DNA from: Candidatus Bathyarchaeota archaeon | GTDB lineage: Archaea; Thermoproteota; Bathyarchaeia; Bathyarchaeales; Bathycorpusculaceae | Assembly: GCA_963770935.1 (NCBI GenBank) | Contig: CAVYRJ010000011.1 | Span: forward strand, 1 to 64,000 | Direction of reading: 5' to 3' | Length of the DNA: 64,000 bases | Made by a program: the position numbers and the translations under genes | Shown: positions 61,846-64,000 of the stretch, one piece after another | Layout: each line of letters begins with the position of its first letter | How positions within the stretch are numbered: the first letter of the stretch is position 1 | Notes under the pieces: model-generated | What the model saw: the letters and a program-made list of their open reading frames with translations, nothing else | What the model was told of the DNA's origin: nothing | The model's database searches: none

Positions 61846-62893
61846 TTAGTTACAATTTGTCAGAATTTTTTGTGGAAGAGCCCAATTCAGAAATGATCTA
61901 AAATCATACGAAAGCACCAAAGATGGCTCCACATAACAATGAAGACTACATTCCCGACAGTTTTGTATGTCTTTCCAGTCAAAATCAGATATCGCAGTTT
62001 TAATACTAGTATCAAAAACAGAAATGGTTTTTGCATATTCATTCCGAACATAGCAAGGCAAAACCAAATACCCTTCAGGACTTACATTAATCGTAGACCA
62101 AGGTTTGCAGACCCATCTCTTTTCTTTTGCCATCACTCCAAAATAGCCAAATGAATTTATCAATGGATAACCCTTTTTCTTCAATTCAACAAGCTTTCCA
62201 GTTATATCTCTAATTTTAAGATCTATCAGGAGTAGACGTCTGGGTTTCATAGTATTCATGAGCCATTGCCACCGATATTTTTACGTTCATTCTTTTTGCC
62301 AACTTAACCAAATCTTCGATCTCATGAATATTTTCATCCATTATTGTTGTGTTTATAATCACAGTAACCTTTTTTGAAGCTGCAATTATTCCTTGTATTG
62401 TTTTCTTGAAACAGCCACTTACACCCCTGATAGTATCGTGAGTTTTCTCTAAGCCATCTAAGGAAACGTAGATTGCGCCATTGATGTATTGGGCTATTTC
62501 GTCTATTTTGGATTCTAGAAGAGTGCCATTCGTAACTATGCTTGTTTGCAAAGGCAAAGATCTTGAGAACGCCAGAATTTTGCATAAGTCCTTTCTCAGG
62601 AGCGGTTCTCCGCCTTCAAAAGCAATCGCACAAGCACCTGAATCATAAATTCGTCTTAAGATTGCTTTTTCCTTTTCCATACTCAAATCTTTGTTAGTTC
62701 TTTTCCAGAAGGGGCACATTTTGCATCTGAGATTGCAATTATAAGTCAATTTATGGCCGCAAAACAGAGGAGCCCTCATGCCTAACACGTTTGAAAGCAA
62801 CCCGCGACTTATTCTCAGACCTAGCCGAAAAGTTTCCTGGTAATGCCCATTTCCATTCTCTTGAACTGTTGGGCAATGCAATACTTGCTTCAT
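61846..62893 (-). CDS. Archaeal radical SAM protein, PTO1314-like, with C-terminal Cys cluster (frameshift near 62225)
   Basis: GHKLTYNCNLRCKMC, EGGEP, SLDG; C-terminal CKPW..PCY..CRECSLHCYVEPS. Confidence 0.85.
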
Positions 62894-62948
62894 TTGTAAA
62901 TATCACTTCAAATTAATAGTACGCGCGTCCAGTAAAGCCTCACAGCGC

Positions 62949-63275
62949 TTATGAGAATATAAAACCGATTATAACTCCGACAACGAGTCCAATGCCTAGT
63001 GGTAACATGCCCATTAGAAGGATTCCATATTGAATTGCGATAGGACCGTATGTCTCTGCAATATTGCTTAATGAGCCAAGACTTAATCCGAAAAACCCAA
63101 AATAAGCAACTACAACAAGTATTATACCCGCTATAATTGCAATTTTCAACATTTTATGGACTAGATAGCCCACGATAAGTCCGATTACAAATGGAATAAT
63201 CATCAAAACAATTGGTGGCAAACCACCTATGCTTCCAGCAGTGATGAAATTAATTACTTCTTCTATCGCACCCAA
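62949..63275 (-). CDS. Small Gly-rich membrane protein (FUN14-like)
   Basis: GLIVGYLVHKMLKI pattern; three to four TM. Confidence 0.6.
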   Translation of the reverse strand: MGAIEEVINFITAGSIGGLPPIVLMIIPFVIGLIVGYLVHKMLKIAIIAGIILVVVAYFGFFGLSLGSLSNIAETYGPIAIQYGILLMGMLPLGIGLVVGVIIGFIFS

Positions 63276-63543
63276 AATTCACACGCCCTAAGTAGGTAGT
63301 AGGTATAGCAAGCAACTATTATGTGTGCGTTGTTGTAGTTACACAGTCACATAAAATTAAGATCACTATGGTCATCCCTTTGTAGATAGAAGGATTGTTG
63401 ATAAACACTTACTGGAAAAATTCCCAGAATTGATGCGCAATAATTCAAGCTTTAAACAGTTAACAGTGAAGTAGATTGCCGTACAAGAATAAATGCAAAT
63501 GTTTAACATCATTATTTATAAATAAGGAAAAGAGGCATAAAAA

Positions 63544-63795
63544 ATGAATAAAGGCAGACTTTATGAAGAATTAATTCCAATTGAACAATTATCCTATAAA
63601 GGGTATAATACTCCTGAGCTTGCAAATGCTAAAATAAAACAAATTTTAGATGAAGTAAAAAAAGAAATGTTGCCTTTCACCGAAAAATGGGTTAATACAG
63701 AATACGAAAACCCTGATTGGAAAGCAACCTGCGAAGCTATGAATGAGAGAACAATAGCAAGAGAGAAGTGGTTTATCAAATGGTTTGGTGAATAA
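63544..63795 (+). CDS. Hypothetical protein (83 aa)
   Basis: ATG with AGAGG upstream, AT-rich context. Confidence 0.55.
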   Translation: MNKGRLYEELIPIEQLSYKGYNTPELANAKIKQILDEVKKEMLPFTEKWVNTEYENPDWKATCEAMNERTIAREKWFIKWFGE

Positions 63796-64000
63796 AAAAT
63801 GAGCGAAGTCGAATTTGTCGATTCCGACTATACCTAAATAATTGTTGTTCTACCCTACCCCTTAGTACCTGCTACATATGCTCTAAGGCTAAAAATAATC
63901 AGAAGTTGTAGCAAAAAAGGCATTATGAAACAGGGGCGGGTTCAGAGTTGTGTGGAAGATGCAAGGTGTGATGGCGAGCCATCAAATGCATTCCCTCTGA

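Overview
Archaeal chromosomal segment, most consistent with Bathyarchaeia. This is inferred from gene content and style: Sulfolobus-type Zn-ferredoxin, PAC2, a large PQQ-like beta-propeller surface protein, a ribophorin-I-like protein and GGTGA-type ribosome-binding sites. Layout: 0.06-11 kb redox/oxidative-stress and copper cluster (FDR-methanoredoxin-like pair, flavin disulfide reductase, SOD, rubrerythrin, FprA, PDO, CopA, two ferredoxins); 11-17 kb ribophorin-like gene, initiator tRNA-Met, PAC2 and membrane/regulatory genes; 17.4-23.8 kb hisG-D-C-B-H-A-F-I operon; 24-46.7 kb metabolic and transport genes; 46.7-51.7 kb tRNA-Val(TAC) locus with an AT-rich three-gene island bounded by a degenerate copy of the tRNA 3' half; 51.9-56.5 kb an uncharacterised operon led by a SelO/atypical-kinase-like enzyme; 56.5-64 kb an ArsR module, a PT-linker polysaccharide deacetylase, an F420 LLM oxidoreductase and a radical SAM enzyme. 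About a dozen genes carry single-base frameshifts that look like long-read consensus errors. Several small ORFs missed by the track were read manually. No CRISPR array or rRNA was seen. All family calls come from motif recognition, not database searches.
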